Source: Octopus vulgaris
Lineage: Eukaryota
DNA length: 64,000 nucleotides
Reading direction: 5' to 3'
Assembly: GCA_951406725.2 (NCBI GenBank)
Contig: OX597816.1
Location: forward strand, 89,528,001-89,592,000
Shown here: positions 1 through 13,945 of the stretch, one piece after another
Numbering within the stretch: the first letter of the stretch is position 1
Layout: the number at the start of each line of letters is the position of its first letter
Position numbers and translations under genes: made by a program
Notes under the pieces: model-generated
What the model was told of the DNA's origin: nothing
Database searches by the model: none
Seen by the model: only the letters and a program-made list of their open reading frames with translations

Positions 1-911
1 ATAGTAGACTTAACAAATACCAGGCCACCACCAGAAAACCCGACATACTAGAAACAACAGGTAAACGAGATTATTTCTGAAGAAACTTCTCCGTTTTCCA
101 AAACGCTAAAAGTGAAACATTGGGAGTGTGTAGCTTCTTGAAAGTGGTGAGGTAATGAGTATAATTCTTAAAAATTCGTATTGTTTTTTCTCCGTGTATT
201 ACCAAGAATAAAAATTTGAAAAAAGTAAAAAATGAATTTGGTGTGGAGAGGGAGAAAATTAAAATATTGAGAACGTATTTTGTAGGTGAAATCCTAATCT
301 TCTGTATCGCAAACATAGGAATCTGAAGATATTTAGGAAAAAAATAAGGGGGGCCCGGAAATGTCACCTCGGACATGCTAGAAAGAAAAGACAAAGGACA
401 GAATTTCTGGGAAAACTTCCTTTTAAATTTATATCGAAGATCAGTTTTTTAAATACGCTGATCATAAACACAAATTACACAATAGAAAAAGATAATTTCA
501 ATTGGATTTGAGCAGTAGATTTCCGCGTGCACACTGCAAGAAATAACATAATTCGCACAGAAGTTTTACCTAAAGTGCGTGTATGTGTGTCAAAGAAGTT
601 ATTTTATGGCATTTTTTCGTTCGAAGAAGCAAAGTTGTCAACTCGACATACATGGGATCATATGATTATTCGTTAATTTCCGTAAAATTGTTTTAACTTC
701 TGTATGCTTTGAAGAGAGCAGAAATTGAAAGAGGGGATAAAGTGAAAATGCGACATTTGCTTTGAAGTGAGAGGAGAAAGTAAAAGATAGGAGAAATTGT
801 AAGATATACGTGTATATGAAATGGACGTGTGTGAGAGAGAGAAAGAGTGAGTGAGTGGTGTGTTGTGATGTATGAATTCTTTGCATGTATGTATAAGTGG
901 TACTCACTCGC

Positions 912-958
<47 letters not shown>

Positions 959-1125
959 CACACATTATCTTTCATATACACATACATAGCGGAGGTAAAG
1001 AATACGCACATCACCCGTTTTCAGCCTAACCTTAACCTAAACAGCGGGAGTGCGTATTCTTTATCTTCGCCCATAAATACACATGCATACATCTTTTTTG
1101 TGCCTGAGAGATAGAGAGAGAGAGA

Positions 1126-1224
<99 letters not shown>

Positions 1225-1684
1225 CTGTATTTCCTCATAACATACAAAAATGGATGTCTTTTAATGCAATTTTTGGGGTGTGTGGCTTATTCTAACACAA
1301 TATTTATGTGTACATTTTCATAAATGTTTGTCTGAATAGAATTCTACTCATGCGTGAAACATCGGACGAAAATGAAACAATGAAAGAAAATCGAAATATT
1401 GTCAGATTATGACCTGAAAATTGTGCGACCCAACCTAGTTGCTGAGGTTATTTTAGTTGTAAAAAGTGTTGTTGAGCCAAAAACATAGTTTATTTGGTAG
1501 ATAGATAATAAACAGGTTTCTTTATTATAATAATGATGCGACTAATTCGGAGAAACATTACTTTTATTATTCACACATCGTCACTCTTGTAATGCAACAC
1601 TTTATAATTTTGGTTCCAATTGAAGGTGTATTTGAAATAACTATAGCTGGTTGTTGAGATAACGTAGAACATATGTAAATGAAA

Positions 1685-2045
1685 ATAAAGTGTATTTGAC
1701 ATGTGTAATTGATTTGATTGTTCTGGTCTTAACATCAGTTGGTAAGAATAGAAGTCATTTGACGACACCTTTTTGCTTGTTATTGGCTATTATGTTGCAG
1801 GATTAATCCTTGGAATATTGAAATGATGCCCATCTTGTCCATTCCACAGAATAAGAGTATACCAGAGAGCGTGATAAGAGGGATGAGTCTGTGAAAGACG
1901 TTTAAGCTTGTTATCTCGAACACGAATGAGAATATTGTGATTTTCATGGGGATTACCAAGCATAAGGATGGCTACTTCATAAGATTAAAACAGCGTGAAA
2001 TGTTCTTTACTATAGTTTACTATTGACGTAACGAACGCAGGAACA
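1685..2045 (-). mobile_element. Decayed Helitron Rep/helicase N-terminal coding fragment
   Basis: Minus-strand translation gives YEVAILMLGNPHENHNILIRVRDNKLKRLSQTHPSYHALWYTLILWNGQDGHHFNIPRINPAT**PITSKKVSSNDFYSYQLMLRPEQSNQLHMSNTL. This matches the Helitron pattern EVA...RDI...L.RISETH.SYD.LQYPL...G.DG.H...KKVS..DFY.Y..M.R. In-frame stops are present. Confidence 0.8.
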
Positions 2046-3319
2046 CATTCATAAAGTTGATGATATTGAAAACAGCAAAATGTATACATAGGAAGTTCAA
2101 GCGAAACGAAATGTAGTCAATATAGGTGCAAAACATACTTTCTGTAGCATAGTTATGCTATAAAAAAATGGAAAGGCACCAATTTAACAAAAGTTACTAT
2201 GCGTCACCAATGTAACAAAGTACAGAAAGTCAACATTTATTTGAAACATCTACTAAATGTTATAAAATTCACAATCGAATATCACGGTGAAGAAAGTGAA
2301 AGTCCAAGAAAATTCAGAAAGTATAATTCAATTTTTCATACAAAAATAATTTATTTTACAATTTTGAAACGAACGCTGAACCGAGTGTACAAAAAGGAAG
2401 ATGGTATTGTAAAGTTAATTTAAAATATTTGCTGAATGATGTATGCAGCAAGATATAAATTAATTTGACATTGCCACATATTTTTTAACTGTGTAACATT
2501 ATAGGTTGTAGAATAAATACTGACTAACGCAGTAAAAAGGTTGTGCGACGTTGATACTCACAGTGATGAAAAAGACTGGGAGGACTGTTAAAAATTATCT
2601 TGAAATTGGTTAGGAGTGGAATAACATTTCTGTAATTAAATTGAAAGAAATACTGAGGCTTTCTACTTCGTCAAGCTTCTGAATTTGTTATAATAACCAG
2701 AGTAACATTTCTTCCAGATATATTTGCGAGTATTGTGAGTGGTGTTAAATCAGCCAAATCTTCATGTTGGTAGTACTTGAAAGGGAACGCTGTTCGTTTA
2801 AAGTCCAGGCCGCAGCTAAACTTTCAATATAGGCACGTTTCACTGTTGGGCGGGAGAAAATTACATAAACTAAGGCACACACAAACACATACATTAATGC
2901 ACACCTGAAGCCTATCTCTGTCTCTGTGTGTCGGTCGTCACAAAAATGTATGTATACTGACAGACACATGCACCGTCACACACTTATATTTGTCAGTCAT
3001 CGGCCTAACGTAGGTAACGAACGCACGAACACACTCATATAGAAAATGTGACGTCATCGACGTTATGGTGGTGATATAAAATGCTGTTTACGATAGGTGA
3101 ATAAAAGAAAAATGACAATGTTAAATTTTTGTAATGCAAATATGTGAATGAAAATATAGTTTAGTTGGTATCCAAAAGCCTACTGAATCTTTTGATACCC
3201 CATACGTCAAAATCGGCAACTCGGTTTTGGAATGCATAAGGAACATACGCACACACACACACACACACATACAAACTCTCTTTTATATATATAAGATATA
3301 CATAATTATATATGTATAT

Positions 3320-3367
<48 letters not shown>

Positions 3368-3470
3368 GTATACATATACAATATACATATATTGGTCATT
3401 ATGTATATTATATATATAATATACATTTATATGTATTTGTACACATATATACAAGAATAGCTATGTAATA

Positions 3471-3521
<51 letters not shown>

Positions 3522-3799
3522 GTGTGTGTGTGTGTGTGTGTACATATATGTAATATATGTGTGTATATACACATACGCGCGAACGCACATGCACATACAC
3601 AAACATACACAGACACTCACACATACACACATCCATATATATATACCAACGTAGATCCTCCAAGGTGATTTGATGTATAACAAAAACACAACCAAAAGAT
3701 TTGGGAGTTTATGCCGTTATATTTATTACTAATAGTAGCAAAAAGACCATTCGCTTGTCGATTTTCTGCTAGTCACTTGATAATATTTTAATATCCTAT

Positions 3800-4130
3800 A
3801 TTGGGAGCAACATCAAAAAACTCCACATTCGCACCACGGAACACGTTCGCCTAGACCTGTAGAAACGCCAGCCCCTGGATTTTACAATATACATCAGGGA
3901 CACTAAACATAGTACAAACATCCTTCGAACCAAGGAAGCCATCATCAAACAAAAGCTGGCCAGGCTATTATAATAACACCAGTCTGAGCTAGTCACAATC
4001 TTATCTCGTCTCTCATTTCTTCATGTGCCCTGGTGAAAAGGCCATAACACCGAAATATCGAATACAAGGTAAACAAACAACTGTTGTTTTGTTTTCACTT
4101 ATGTTGTTCATTTATCATTTTCCGTGTTTG
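3800..4130 (+). mobile_element. Degenerate Penelope-like element 3' end (GIY-YIG C-terminal remnant plus decayed hammerhead)
   Basis: Translates as PLDFTIYIRDTKHSTNILRTKEAI, resembling the R.IKEA..I motif of the PLE endonuclease end. It is followed by CTGGTGA(4030)..GG/CC..GAAA-TATCGAA-TA. Confidence 0.4.
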
Positions 4131-4137
4131 AGCCTTA

Positions 4138-4510
4138 TCTCTCTATATATAAACGGCAGTTTGTCTGTGCGTGTTTCTGTGTGTCTGTTTGCTTGTACCC
4201 TCACCCTGACCACGGCTTTCAACCGATTCTGATGAAACTTAACACACACATAGCCCAATGTCATAATTCAAAACTAACGCAGCGAAAATTTTGAAAAGTT
4301 CCCCCAGTTCTGAAAAAAATCGATAAATTCGACATGGGGTCGAGAATTAGAAACACAAACCGCAAACTGTCTAGGGGACGCAACTCCACCTTTTTTAACT
4401 AAAAAAAAAATTAACATCATTTTTTTTGCTATTTTTTGGCTATAACTCTCTAAAAATGCTTTATAGTTATTTCCCTTACAAACCTGAGCAACGCCGGGCG
4501 ATACTGCTAG
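4138..4510 (+). mobile_element. Non-autonomous Helitron
   Basis: 5' TC start (TCTCTCTATATATAAA), GTCT/GTGT-rich tract, 3' subterminal hairpin (CCTGAGCAACGCCGGG) and CTAG terminus. Inserted between A(4137) and T(4511) with no TSD. Confidence 0.85.
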
Positions 4511-4544
4511 TCATATATATTGCCTCCGACAGCTACTTCTGAAT

Positions 4545-4890
4545 CTTCTACCTGCTGCAACATATATTGCCTACCAGAACCAACCCTTATCCGCCAGGGA
4601 TTAACCATATCTTCCAGCTGCTTAACAATTGAGTCTAAGTCCCTGTTCAGAGATGTGGTAATGATCTCTGTCGTGTGGATGCAGTGAGAACGTCTGCTAT
4701 GTCTCTTCCTGTTGGCCACGGCTTCATAATCTCCGTTGCAGCTGTTCGTGCCACATAATACGTTCGTTACATTGTTCATAGGGCACTGATAGGCAGTCAT
4801 GATATTAGTATTTTGATAACCGGCACAAATCCTTATAATAGAGGTAAATCTTTTCCAATATTCAGGCGGTTTCCAATCTTCCATGTCAGT
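4545..4890 (-). mobile_element. Internally deleted Tc1/mariner (maT/DD37D-like) transposase remnant
   Basis: ORF 4507-4932 has KR..IIRICAG...GDYEAVANRKRHSRRSHC (HTH region) fused to VNPWRIRVGSGRQYMLQQ, compared with VKPWI..VA.GRPYV.QQD just before the second catalytic Asp. Confidence 0.65.
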
Positions 4891-5156
4891 TAACTTTTTC
4901 TCAACTACAACGCTAATCTTTATGCTCCCCAACGCCTTTCACTGTTCACCAACACATCAAGCTATTCCTGAAAAAGAATGTGTATGTGTGTGTGTCATCA
5001 AATTTAACCTGAACAGCCAGTATGTATATGATAGGTAGACAGATAGATAGATAGATGTATTTATAAGTACATATATGCATGTATGAATACACACACACAC
5101 ACTACATGTACGTACGTATGTATTTGCATATCTATCTATCTATCTATATATATATA

Positions 5157-5900
5157 CAAATTGAGATAGGGGTTGTAAATGCAAATTGAGATAGGGGTTG
5201 TAAATGCAACCCTCCATGGGATACCATATATCCAATATACTGCCAGTGAAGTACCCAACAAAGTTAATACATAAATGTTAATGATTGCGATGCAATCAAT
5301 TCATTTACTGTATTATATGGGCAAAGGTAAAATGATTTACCACAAATTACTAATACAAGATAAGAAAATGGAGAAATACATCTAAATCAAATATCAATTA
5401 CCAGATAATACTCAATCACATACTTTATTAAACCACCACATAAGAGACTGTAGGGTTAAATATAAAAAGCAGAACAAATCAGTGTACATAAAGGAATGTA
5501 CATAAAAACGTGTACATAAAAGAGTAATGTTGTATGATAAGTAGAATATATATAAAAGAGAATATAAATATAAGTAAATATAAATATAAGTATAGATTAC
5601 ATCTTACAGCTGTTTCGGCCATGTAGATAAGTATGTCTCATTTTACCAATCTTAGCCGTAATCTATACTTATATTTATATTGACTTATATTTATATTCTC
5701 TTTTATATATATTCTACTTATTATACAACATTACTCTTTTATGTACACGTTTTTATGTACATTCCTTTATGTACACTGATTTGTTCTGCTTTTTATATTT
5801 AACCCTACAGTCTCTTATGTTGTGGTTTAATAAAGTATGTGATTGAGTATTATCTGGTAATTGATATTTGATTTAGAGGTATTTCTCCATTTTCTTATCT

Positions 5901-5903
<3 letters not shown>
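5157..5903 (-). mobile_element. (TA)n-flanked fold-back element: 246-bp inverted arms around a half hammerhead
   Basis: Arms at 5355-5600 and 5658-5903 differ at about 4 positions. The loop on the minus strand reads GGCTA...TGGCC-GAAA-CAGCTG-TA-AGAT. A 25-bp direct repeat lies at 5157-5206. Confidence 0.85.
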
Positions 5904-5993
<90 letters not shown>

Positions 5994-6381
5994 GATTTAA
6001 TAAAATTCTCCGTAAAATTAATAATGAATTCACATATCACAAAAAATATATAGACCTTACTGATGACATATAAAATCTAGCGACAAATATTCAAATTTCG
6101 GCGGAAATATCAGAGATCACATTGAGCCTGTGAAAACACATGCCAACATCACTTCATCCAGAAGATAAAACTTTGATGTTATAGAAACGTTGATGATGGA
6201 TTTATGAAATTTAATGCTAAAAAACACTTACTGGGAACTCGTACAAAAATTGAAGAAACCTTGATATACATGTTAAACTTACAGCGCCGTTCTGCATTGA
6301 AATTAACATGTTCAAACGAAAACCTGTTTCATATGAGCATAAACGCACATATATCCATACACACAGGGACAAAAATACATT

Positions 6382-6455
<74 letters not shown>

Positions 6456-6457
<2 letters not shown>

Positions 6458-6957
6458 GTAAATCTTCGAGGATAATCCGCATTGTTTCCCAAAATGTAAA
6501 GGTCAAAATCCCTAGTGCGTGCTATATACGAGGTTAAAAATGAAAATAATTTTCTAAGCAATGTCCGAGTCTCTATTTGCAGTCCGGCAATGTATATTCA
6601 GACGCATATTCAGACGAAAATACCTTAAGCTAAGCCTGAAAGCAATGAAGTTATAAAAGAATCATCCATAACTTGCAGTAAGCAACATTTATAAAACGTT
6701 CTTACTTTTATTTTTTTATTTTTTGCAAACAAAATGCACAAAAAAGCAACATATTTCCATTATGTTATATATACAATAATAATAAAGGACGTTACCGTAC
6801 ACATTTTTACGAACCAAGGACGTTATATAGACCTCCTTGACTCAAGTTAGAGACGGGGTGCGTATAATACAAAAGGTTTAGGTTTTTCAGAGGTACAGTC
6901 CCCTAAAAGTCCCCTGCGTATTATACTCAACGGCGGACTATACTCGAGGATTTACGG
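6456..6957. mobile_element. pogo/Tc1-mariner-type MITE
   Basis: TIRs CCGTAAATCTTCGAGGATAATCCGC and GCGGACTATACTCGAGGATTTACGG (3 mismatches), TA on both sides, repeated subterminal GCGTATTATAC-like motifs. Confidence 0.85.
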
Positions 6958-6965
6958 TATACATT

Positions 6966-7007
<42 letters not shown>

Positions 7008-7162
7008 AATGCATATATATACAAATGTATATCTATACAAATGCATGTGTGTGTACGCATATATACATACGAAAATATGAAACCCTTAACTAAAATGAAA
7101 ACACTTTATTACATGTATCCGGTATATGTCTAAAAGAAAAACTGTACATATGCATACATATA

Positions 7163-7198
<36 letters not shown>

Positions 7199-9119
7199 TG
7201 TATGTATGTATGTATGTATGTATGTATGTATGTATATATATATATATATATGCATGTATGAATGTATGTATGTATACACACATATATATATAGTGAGAAT
7301 TTACAAAAAATCAAAAGACGAAGACGGGTGTGTAAACAACAAACATATGTATTACTTTAACGCCCACCACATATATATATGTATATATGTGGAGAGAGAA
7401 ACAGAGACAGAAACAGAAACAGAAAGACAGACAGCGATAAACCTATATGCATATATATATATGTGTGTGTGTGTGTGTATACATATATACATACGTATAC
7501 ACGCATATACGTATATATACATTAGTATACATGTGAACACATACATAATGTGTGTATGTGTATATGTGTGTATGTGTATGTGTGAAATTTTATGTGCGCG
7601 TTTGTGTATTTGTATGTGCGTGTGTATATGTATGTGTGTATGTGTATGTGTGTGTGGGTGTGTATGCGCTTGTACACCAAAAATGTGTGATTAAAAGTGA
7701 AAGTGAATATGTATTAAAGTGATCTGGTTTATATTATTTTTCCTATAGCGTCCTTTTCGTTTCGTCTTTTTTTATATATTTGTTATCTTTCGACATGGAA
7801 TCAGTGCTCGACTGAAGAAGTTCTGCTTGGCAAAACGCTCTTCTAATTGATTTTCTTTCTTTTAGTTTCTATTTCAACATAGTATATATTTAATTTCTAA
7901 AATACAAGAAGAGCGATTACAATTCAAATACCGAATCAAATTTCTTAACGTCTTCCACCTATCACGTTGCACAGTAACACATCAAAAAAATAAATACGTA
8001 ATTTATGATAGGCACTAGGGATATAATTGTTATTTCGACCTCATTCAGTTCTGCCTAGACAGCCAGCAGTTTAATATTCTTTTGTCTTTCTTATTATCTA
8101 CACTGTCCGATGAAAGTTCTCTTCAGATTGAATTTTTACAAAAGATAGGGAAGACATTATTAAGCTTTGTTTTATTAAACCTCGCCTTATAATGGCATTC
8201 AATGTTTGTTCGATTTCATGCACCGCAATGCTTCGTGAGAGATTGCACAAACCAATTTTCAAGACATAATGCATCTAGACAGAGTGAGTGTGAGAAAGTG
8301 TTTTCATGGATTCAGTTGGCTGATTGTTATTTTCATCTTTCAGAAAAATAATTGCAAATCGAGAAATTGCTCTCTGTCTGCCGTGAATGCTAAATTTCTA
8401 CTACAAGCCATTAACTGTGACATTTCTGTTTCTCATAAATAGAGGATTTTAGGTAATGAAACACAAAAATGACAGACTAGCGGGATTCTCAAAACACCAT
8501 TCTAATTCAAATATATTCAGTTATACTTCGATAACCAACAGTTTATTTATTATTTGGAAAAGATCTCATAAGATCGAAACATTATTAAAAATGTATATTT
8601 TAATAAAACTTTCGATTTATAAAGAAATGCATTCTTCCGGTCTTCAAATAACTGTTCAATGTATATTTGTGTGCGAATAAGTGTGTATGTGTGTCTGATG
8701 CATGTGTGTATGCAAGTAGTCTTGAAGACAAGATTATGTGCGATTTTAACTTTGGTACTTAAAAGAATTTTCACCATTCCTTATCAGTCTTTTATACTAA
8801 ATTTCCAACAAAGGTGACACTACCTAACTCCAGTAACGTGACATGACCTTTTTAGTGTCATCATCAGGCTCTGATGACAGTAATAGTGGCGTGATGTTGT
8901 TTAACGACTTCCCAATGGGTCGCAAAGTATCATGTTTGATACTTAAATATAAACACACTTATACACACATATACTGCTATCACCGAGAAAATCCTTTTCA
9001 CTGAATTTCAAATTATTAAACATGTCCCAGTAATATTCATACATTATGTTGTTTGAGTTTCATCTGTTCGTTGACTTCTCATTTATATTATGCTTAATTT
9101 TATAGTATGGTTTCTATTG

Positions 9120-9325
9120 TAAGCTGGCAGAATCTCTGATACACTGAGCAAAATGCTTAGCGGCATTTCGTCGGTCTTTACGTTTTGGGTTCAAATGCCG
9201 ACGGGGTTCGATTTTGCTTTTCATCATTTCTGGTTCGATAAGCACCAATAGAGCACTGGTGTCGATTTAATCCACTTAGCCCCTCCCCGAAATTGCTGGC
9301 CTTGTGCCAAAATCTGAAACCAATA
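9120..9325 (+). mobile_element. tRNA-derived SINE (GGCAGAAT...GGTTCAAAT...GGCCTTGTGCCAAAATCTGAAAC family)
   Basis: Box-B-like GGTTCAAATGCC. Homologous to copies at 13.0, 26.8, 29.4, 30.2, 42.6 and 59.4 kb. Confidence 0.75.
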
Positions 9326-9353
9326 TAACTTCCATTGCTAAACTTCTTATATA

Positions 9354-9517
9354 CAAGGGGATGCTGAAAGGTTTCTGGCTTTGAGTAAACGAAGATACAG
9401 GAGGACCAGTTAATTATGATTTTATTCAACATATTCCCCTCTTAGATTCACACACTTACTCCAGCGGTCCTTCAGTTCTTCTAAGCCCTTTCCTGATACC
9501 CTTAAAGCATCCCTTCG
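9354..9517. mobile_element. Short mariner-type MITE
   Basis: TA-CAAGGGGATGCTGAAAGG ... CCTTAAAGCATCCCTTCG-TA imperfect TIRs with TA flanks. Confidence 0.6.
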
Positions 9518-10575
9518 TAGAATAAATTTTAAAATTATGTCAACGGTTAGGAGTTTTCTTAATACCGGAAATGAAATCCTGAAAAATCAACACACAGGAA
9601 AAATTCATATGAAGCAAACTATGAAATTTACAGGCGAAGATAATTTCATAATTAAATAACATTATTCTGCTGAGCCCTGAGACTTACTACAAGTACTCGA
9701 ACCACATGCTGCTACCAGTGTCATCTCATTCTCATGATAAAACTGAGAAGCTCTTGAAATGTTGAAAAGAAGTACGAAACGTCAGTGTTACAAAATATTA
9801 AACATGGAGACGATGATATTGTAACGCATTTCTCAAAGAAAACCGTTCCCTACTTTCTCATACACACAGACACATACACACATACATAAACATACACACA
9901 CGCGCACATCACTCACATACACTTCACTCACACGCACACACATGCAGCACTCTCGCGCACGTGTGAATGTATGTATATGAAAAGTATTTTTATATTAACA
10001 CCAATAAACAGATATAAGCTATCATCATCAAATTTATTAAACCAAACTAGTACAATACAAAAAGGTATGAAATAAACTGAGAAACCCAGCACTTCCAGAG
10101 TTAAATATCTAATTTAAGAAGCATACAAATCATAAACAGGTCGATAGATGAATACCAGAAACAAATATTAGAATCCAGCATTAAAACTTATAAACATATA
10201 GACTGTCATACCTATAACTACATAGTACTCAATCTGTCAGGTAATCTTAGAAGCATGAACACTATGGAAGAAACTTAACTGAACCGAGAATTCCCTCCTC
10301 AGCTGCCTAAGGGATACCAACTTGGTATCATCACCAAGAGGCGGGACCACCACTTCTGTCTGAATCAAATAGCCTTTGAAACATATCTAACCTGCTTGGA
10401 ATTATACAAACTTAGTAACTCAAACCAGTGTCATAATTACAAGCTTAACTACTTGGAGCACGATTACATTGCTGCATTAAATTACCAAATCAATAATTAT
10501 TCAAGTCAATCAACACATAAAGAAAAAGAACAAAAGAAAATAACGAATGAATAACTAATTAAACTGATCAACGTA

Positions 10576-11090
10576 AGCTCAAGCGTGGCTGAGTAGTAAC
10601 AAGTTTGCTTCTCAACCACATGGTTTCGGGTTAAGTCCCACTGTGTGGAACCATGGGCAAATGTCTTCTATTATAGCCCCGGGCGACAAAGGACTTGTAA
10701 GTGGATTTGGTAGATGAAAACTAAAAGCTCATCATGCGCGCGCGTGTGTGCGAGTGTGTATGTGTGTGTATGTGCATGTGTGTGTGCAAGCGTGTGCGTA
10801 TGTATATATACATGTGTGTGTGTGTATGTGTGTGAGTGTGTGTATGTGTGAGTGTGTGTGTATTAGTGTGTGTGTGTATGTGTCTTTATGTTTATGCTGT
10901 ATACCCCATCCCCGCTTGACAACCGGTGTCCGTTTATCCACGTACTCGTAATATAGCGGTTCGGCAAACAAGACCAACAGAAAAAGAACTAGATTTAAAA
11001 ATAAGTATTGGGTGGATCAGGTCGACTAAATCTTTCAAAGCGGTGCCACAGTATGAACACAGTCCAATCGCGGAAACAAGTAAAAGAGAA
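10576..11090 (+). mobile_element. tRNA-derived SINE with internal (TG)n
   Basis: Head GTGGCTGAGTAGTAAC...CAACCACATGGTTTCGGGTTAAGTCCC, then (TG)n, then CCGCTTGACAACCGGTG...AGCGGTTCGGCAAA tail. Related pieces at 18.1, 23.8, 34.2, 34.7 and 46.5 kb. Confidence 0.75.
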
Positions 11091-11760
11091 ATGGTACCAT
11101 GGGCACACTATAACCACAGACATTGACATGCAACACGAACTTATGCAGAAACAAATAATTATGACCAACGAATAACATATACAAACCGACTATGAACACT
11201 TCGCGTCCAAATATACACATACGACTATTGATTGATCAGAACCTATATAGTGAAAAACCACAACATTCTTAATAACTTATAACATGAAATCGAATTACTA
11301 AATAAATAATTTAATAATCGAAATAAAATTAACATTTCTCCTCGCCAGGGAACATGTTCTGACCGTCTATCTCCTTCCTGTATGTGCTACGGGCAGAAAA
11401 GGCCGGTGTCAAACTGAAAGGAGAAAGCGAGCGAGAGAGAAATAGAGAAAGAGAGAGACAGACAGAGAGAGACAGACAGAGACAGAGACAGAAAGACAGA
11501 CAGAAAGCCAGAGCTGGAGAGAGATTCAGAAAGAGAAGTGGATAAGCAATCGCAAAGAAAAAAGTTTAGTTTAAATATCAACAAGATGTTGATATCAACG
11601 AACGCATTCACCGAGAAGATTTTCTTTTCCAATAAGATTTTCTTATGCATACACGCATACGTACATGTGTATACATACGTACTTGCCCACACTCATACAT
11701 ACATATGTATATATATTAATATGTGTGTGTATAGATATACCAATGTATACATATATGCAT

Positions 11761-11807
<47 letters not shown>

Positions 11808-11887
11808 CATAAATGCATATGTGTGTATTATATGAACATACATACATGTATAAAGTCCTGAGACAGTGGAAACGTGTTAAATCTAAT

Positions 11888-11931
<44 letters not shown>

Positions 11932-11940
11932 TAGACAGAC

Positions 11941-11995
<55 letters not shown>

Positions 11996-12989
11996 CTACA
12001 ATATTGATATATTGTTTAAATATAGCAAGTTTTATTTTCTAACATAAGGGCTAAATAATTTTATTCTGTGTGATTATATATAAAAAGAAAAATATTTAAC
12101 AAATGTTTTTCTACAGTAGTTTTACTTAAAATATACTAGTGTATGCGTTCACACAAGTTAAATTTGACATACATAGCACGAGGAAAGGTATGAAGAGAAA
12201 AAAGCGATCACCTGTTACTTCAATATTTCTACATGAGAAAGTTTTAGTGTATAAATTTTTAGGTGTATGTTGCAGCCAAAATAGGTTTTCTTGTAGACGA
12301 AAAATCATATGTAACTGACTGGGATCCGGTTTGCGTTGACATTCAGCTTTTAAAGTTTTAAGCGGATTTTTTCTTTTTTTTTTCCAAGATATGTAAGAAT
12401 CATGTACCGATTAAATGAATACATGAGCAAGTCACTTATGCCATTTCCAAAACAAGGGATGTAACCTTGGGTTTGCGTTTTTGTTTACTTTTTGTCGTTT
12501 ATCTATTTTAAAAGTATATTGTTGGTTAGTGTTTTCAAAAAATATTTATTCTTATATAAAATACAGAGTTCTTTTTAGGAGAGGAAAGGTTTTTAATTGT
12601 ACAGCGATGAACCGCTTTAATGCACATTTTGTATGCCGCTACATACAATTATTTCACACTATCAAAATTAGAGAGCAAACGGCAAGACTTCTGTGCGGTT
12701 GCAACTTCCGCTAGAAATAGCAACCGAATTTCCCTGATATCATAATGAAATTTGTAGATATTGGGAGTCAATTCATATGTTGTCGTATTAACACAAGACC
12801 ATACATATTTGTGGCATTGCGCCATAATTAGTGACACGAAGGGCCCGCTTATGGACGTGGAAAACTTACAGTCTGCTGTTTTTTTTGGATTCAGTCAACC
12901 ATTTCTTATTTATACACCGACCTACAGGTCTAGTAGAAAGTTCTTCCATTCACTACAAGCATGCTTCACAGTAATGTCCTTTCTACAAT

Positions 12990-13195
12990 AGGTCATGGCC
13001 CGAGTATTTTTGGTGGGGGGGGGTGTAGTCGATTACATTAACCCTAGTGCTCGACTAGTACTTACTTTAACAACTCTTTCAGGATGAATGACAAAGTTGG
13101 CTTCGACGGAATTTGAACTCAGAACGTAAAGACAAAAGAAATTCCACTAAGTAATTTGTCCAACGCTCAAACGACTCTGCCAGCTCGTCCCCTTT
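12990..13195 (-). mobile_element. tRNA-derived SINE
   Basis: GGATGAATGACAAAGTTGG...GGAATTTGAACTCAGAACGTAAAG...CTGCCAGCTCG, the reverse complement of the 9.1 kb family. Confidence 0.75.
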
Positions 13196-13714
13196 GGTAT
13201 ATCTAGAATAGGATGATAGAATGTTCTGAACAGAAAGATATAGAGAACGCTTGTTTGAACTCATAACCTCTGCATATGTTGCCCAATACGATATATCCAT
13301 TCAGATGATAATTGTAGCAGCAGGGCCACCATCAACAAGGAGCAGAAACGCCATAGCATAACTATCACTTCAATTATTGCATCTACATTCATAGCACCTT
13401 CACCTTCTCCGCCACCATCGTAAACTATACCTTTCCCAACAACATCATCACAACCATCTACAGCTAACATCCTTTCATAATTACAACAACGAAGACCAAC
13501 ACCAACGCAGTCCAAATAGAAAAGGCGACATTACACGAGCGCGCGCGTACATACACACACTCACACACACGCGCGCAACCATGAAGATAATCACGAAAAT
13601 ACATGTATCCATAGAGAGAGGTACACATATCACTAACCCCACAAGTAATAAATCTAACACTACTCCACCATAAACCTCAACACTCCACAACAACGATACT
13701 AACAAAAACAGGCC

Positions 13715-13945
13715 TAATGAGAGGGTTCTCTACGTGGTAGGACGACCTCCTAGAAATAGCAATTAAATCTCCTTCAAATCGCATTCTGCCGTCTTATAAA
13801 AGGGAAGGACTCTCATTAGGTAATATAGCCCTAGATGCCAAAAAAATATATAAATAAAATTCGATAGCCATGGATAGAATGCCTTTGATCATAAATCTGC
13901 TTGATCTAAATTCACCTGGGGCTACACAATAACAGCAACAACAAT
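13715..13945 (+). repeat. Old dispersed repeat (SINE-like 3' part ending CTGGGGCTA..CAACAAC)
   Basis: Diverged similar blocks at about 25100-25290, 32710-32920 and 53200-53385 share AGAAATAGC..AAATCT...GAATGCCTTTGATCATA...CTGGGGCTAAACAACAAC. Confidence 0.55.

Noticed and set aside
4228-4240. CTGATGAAAC resembling a hammerhead core
   Set aside because: There is no stem II or III. It is part of the AACCGATT..GATGAAA motif of the non-autonomous Helitron.
6058-6115. CTGATGAC followed by a distant GAAA
   Set aside because: No convincing stem II, palindromic stem III or stem I.
7808-7845. CTGAAGAAG...CAAAACGCTC possible decayed hammerhead
   Set aside because: It needs several substitutions in the core and stems, so it is too weak to call.
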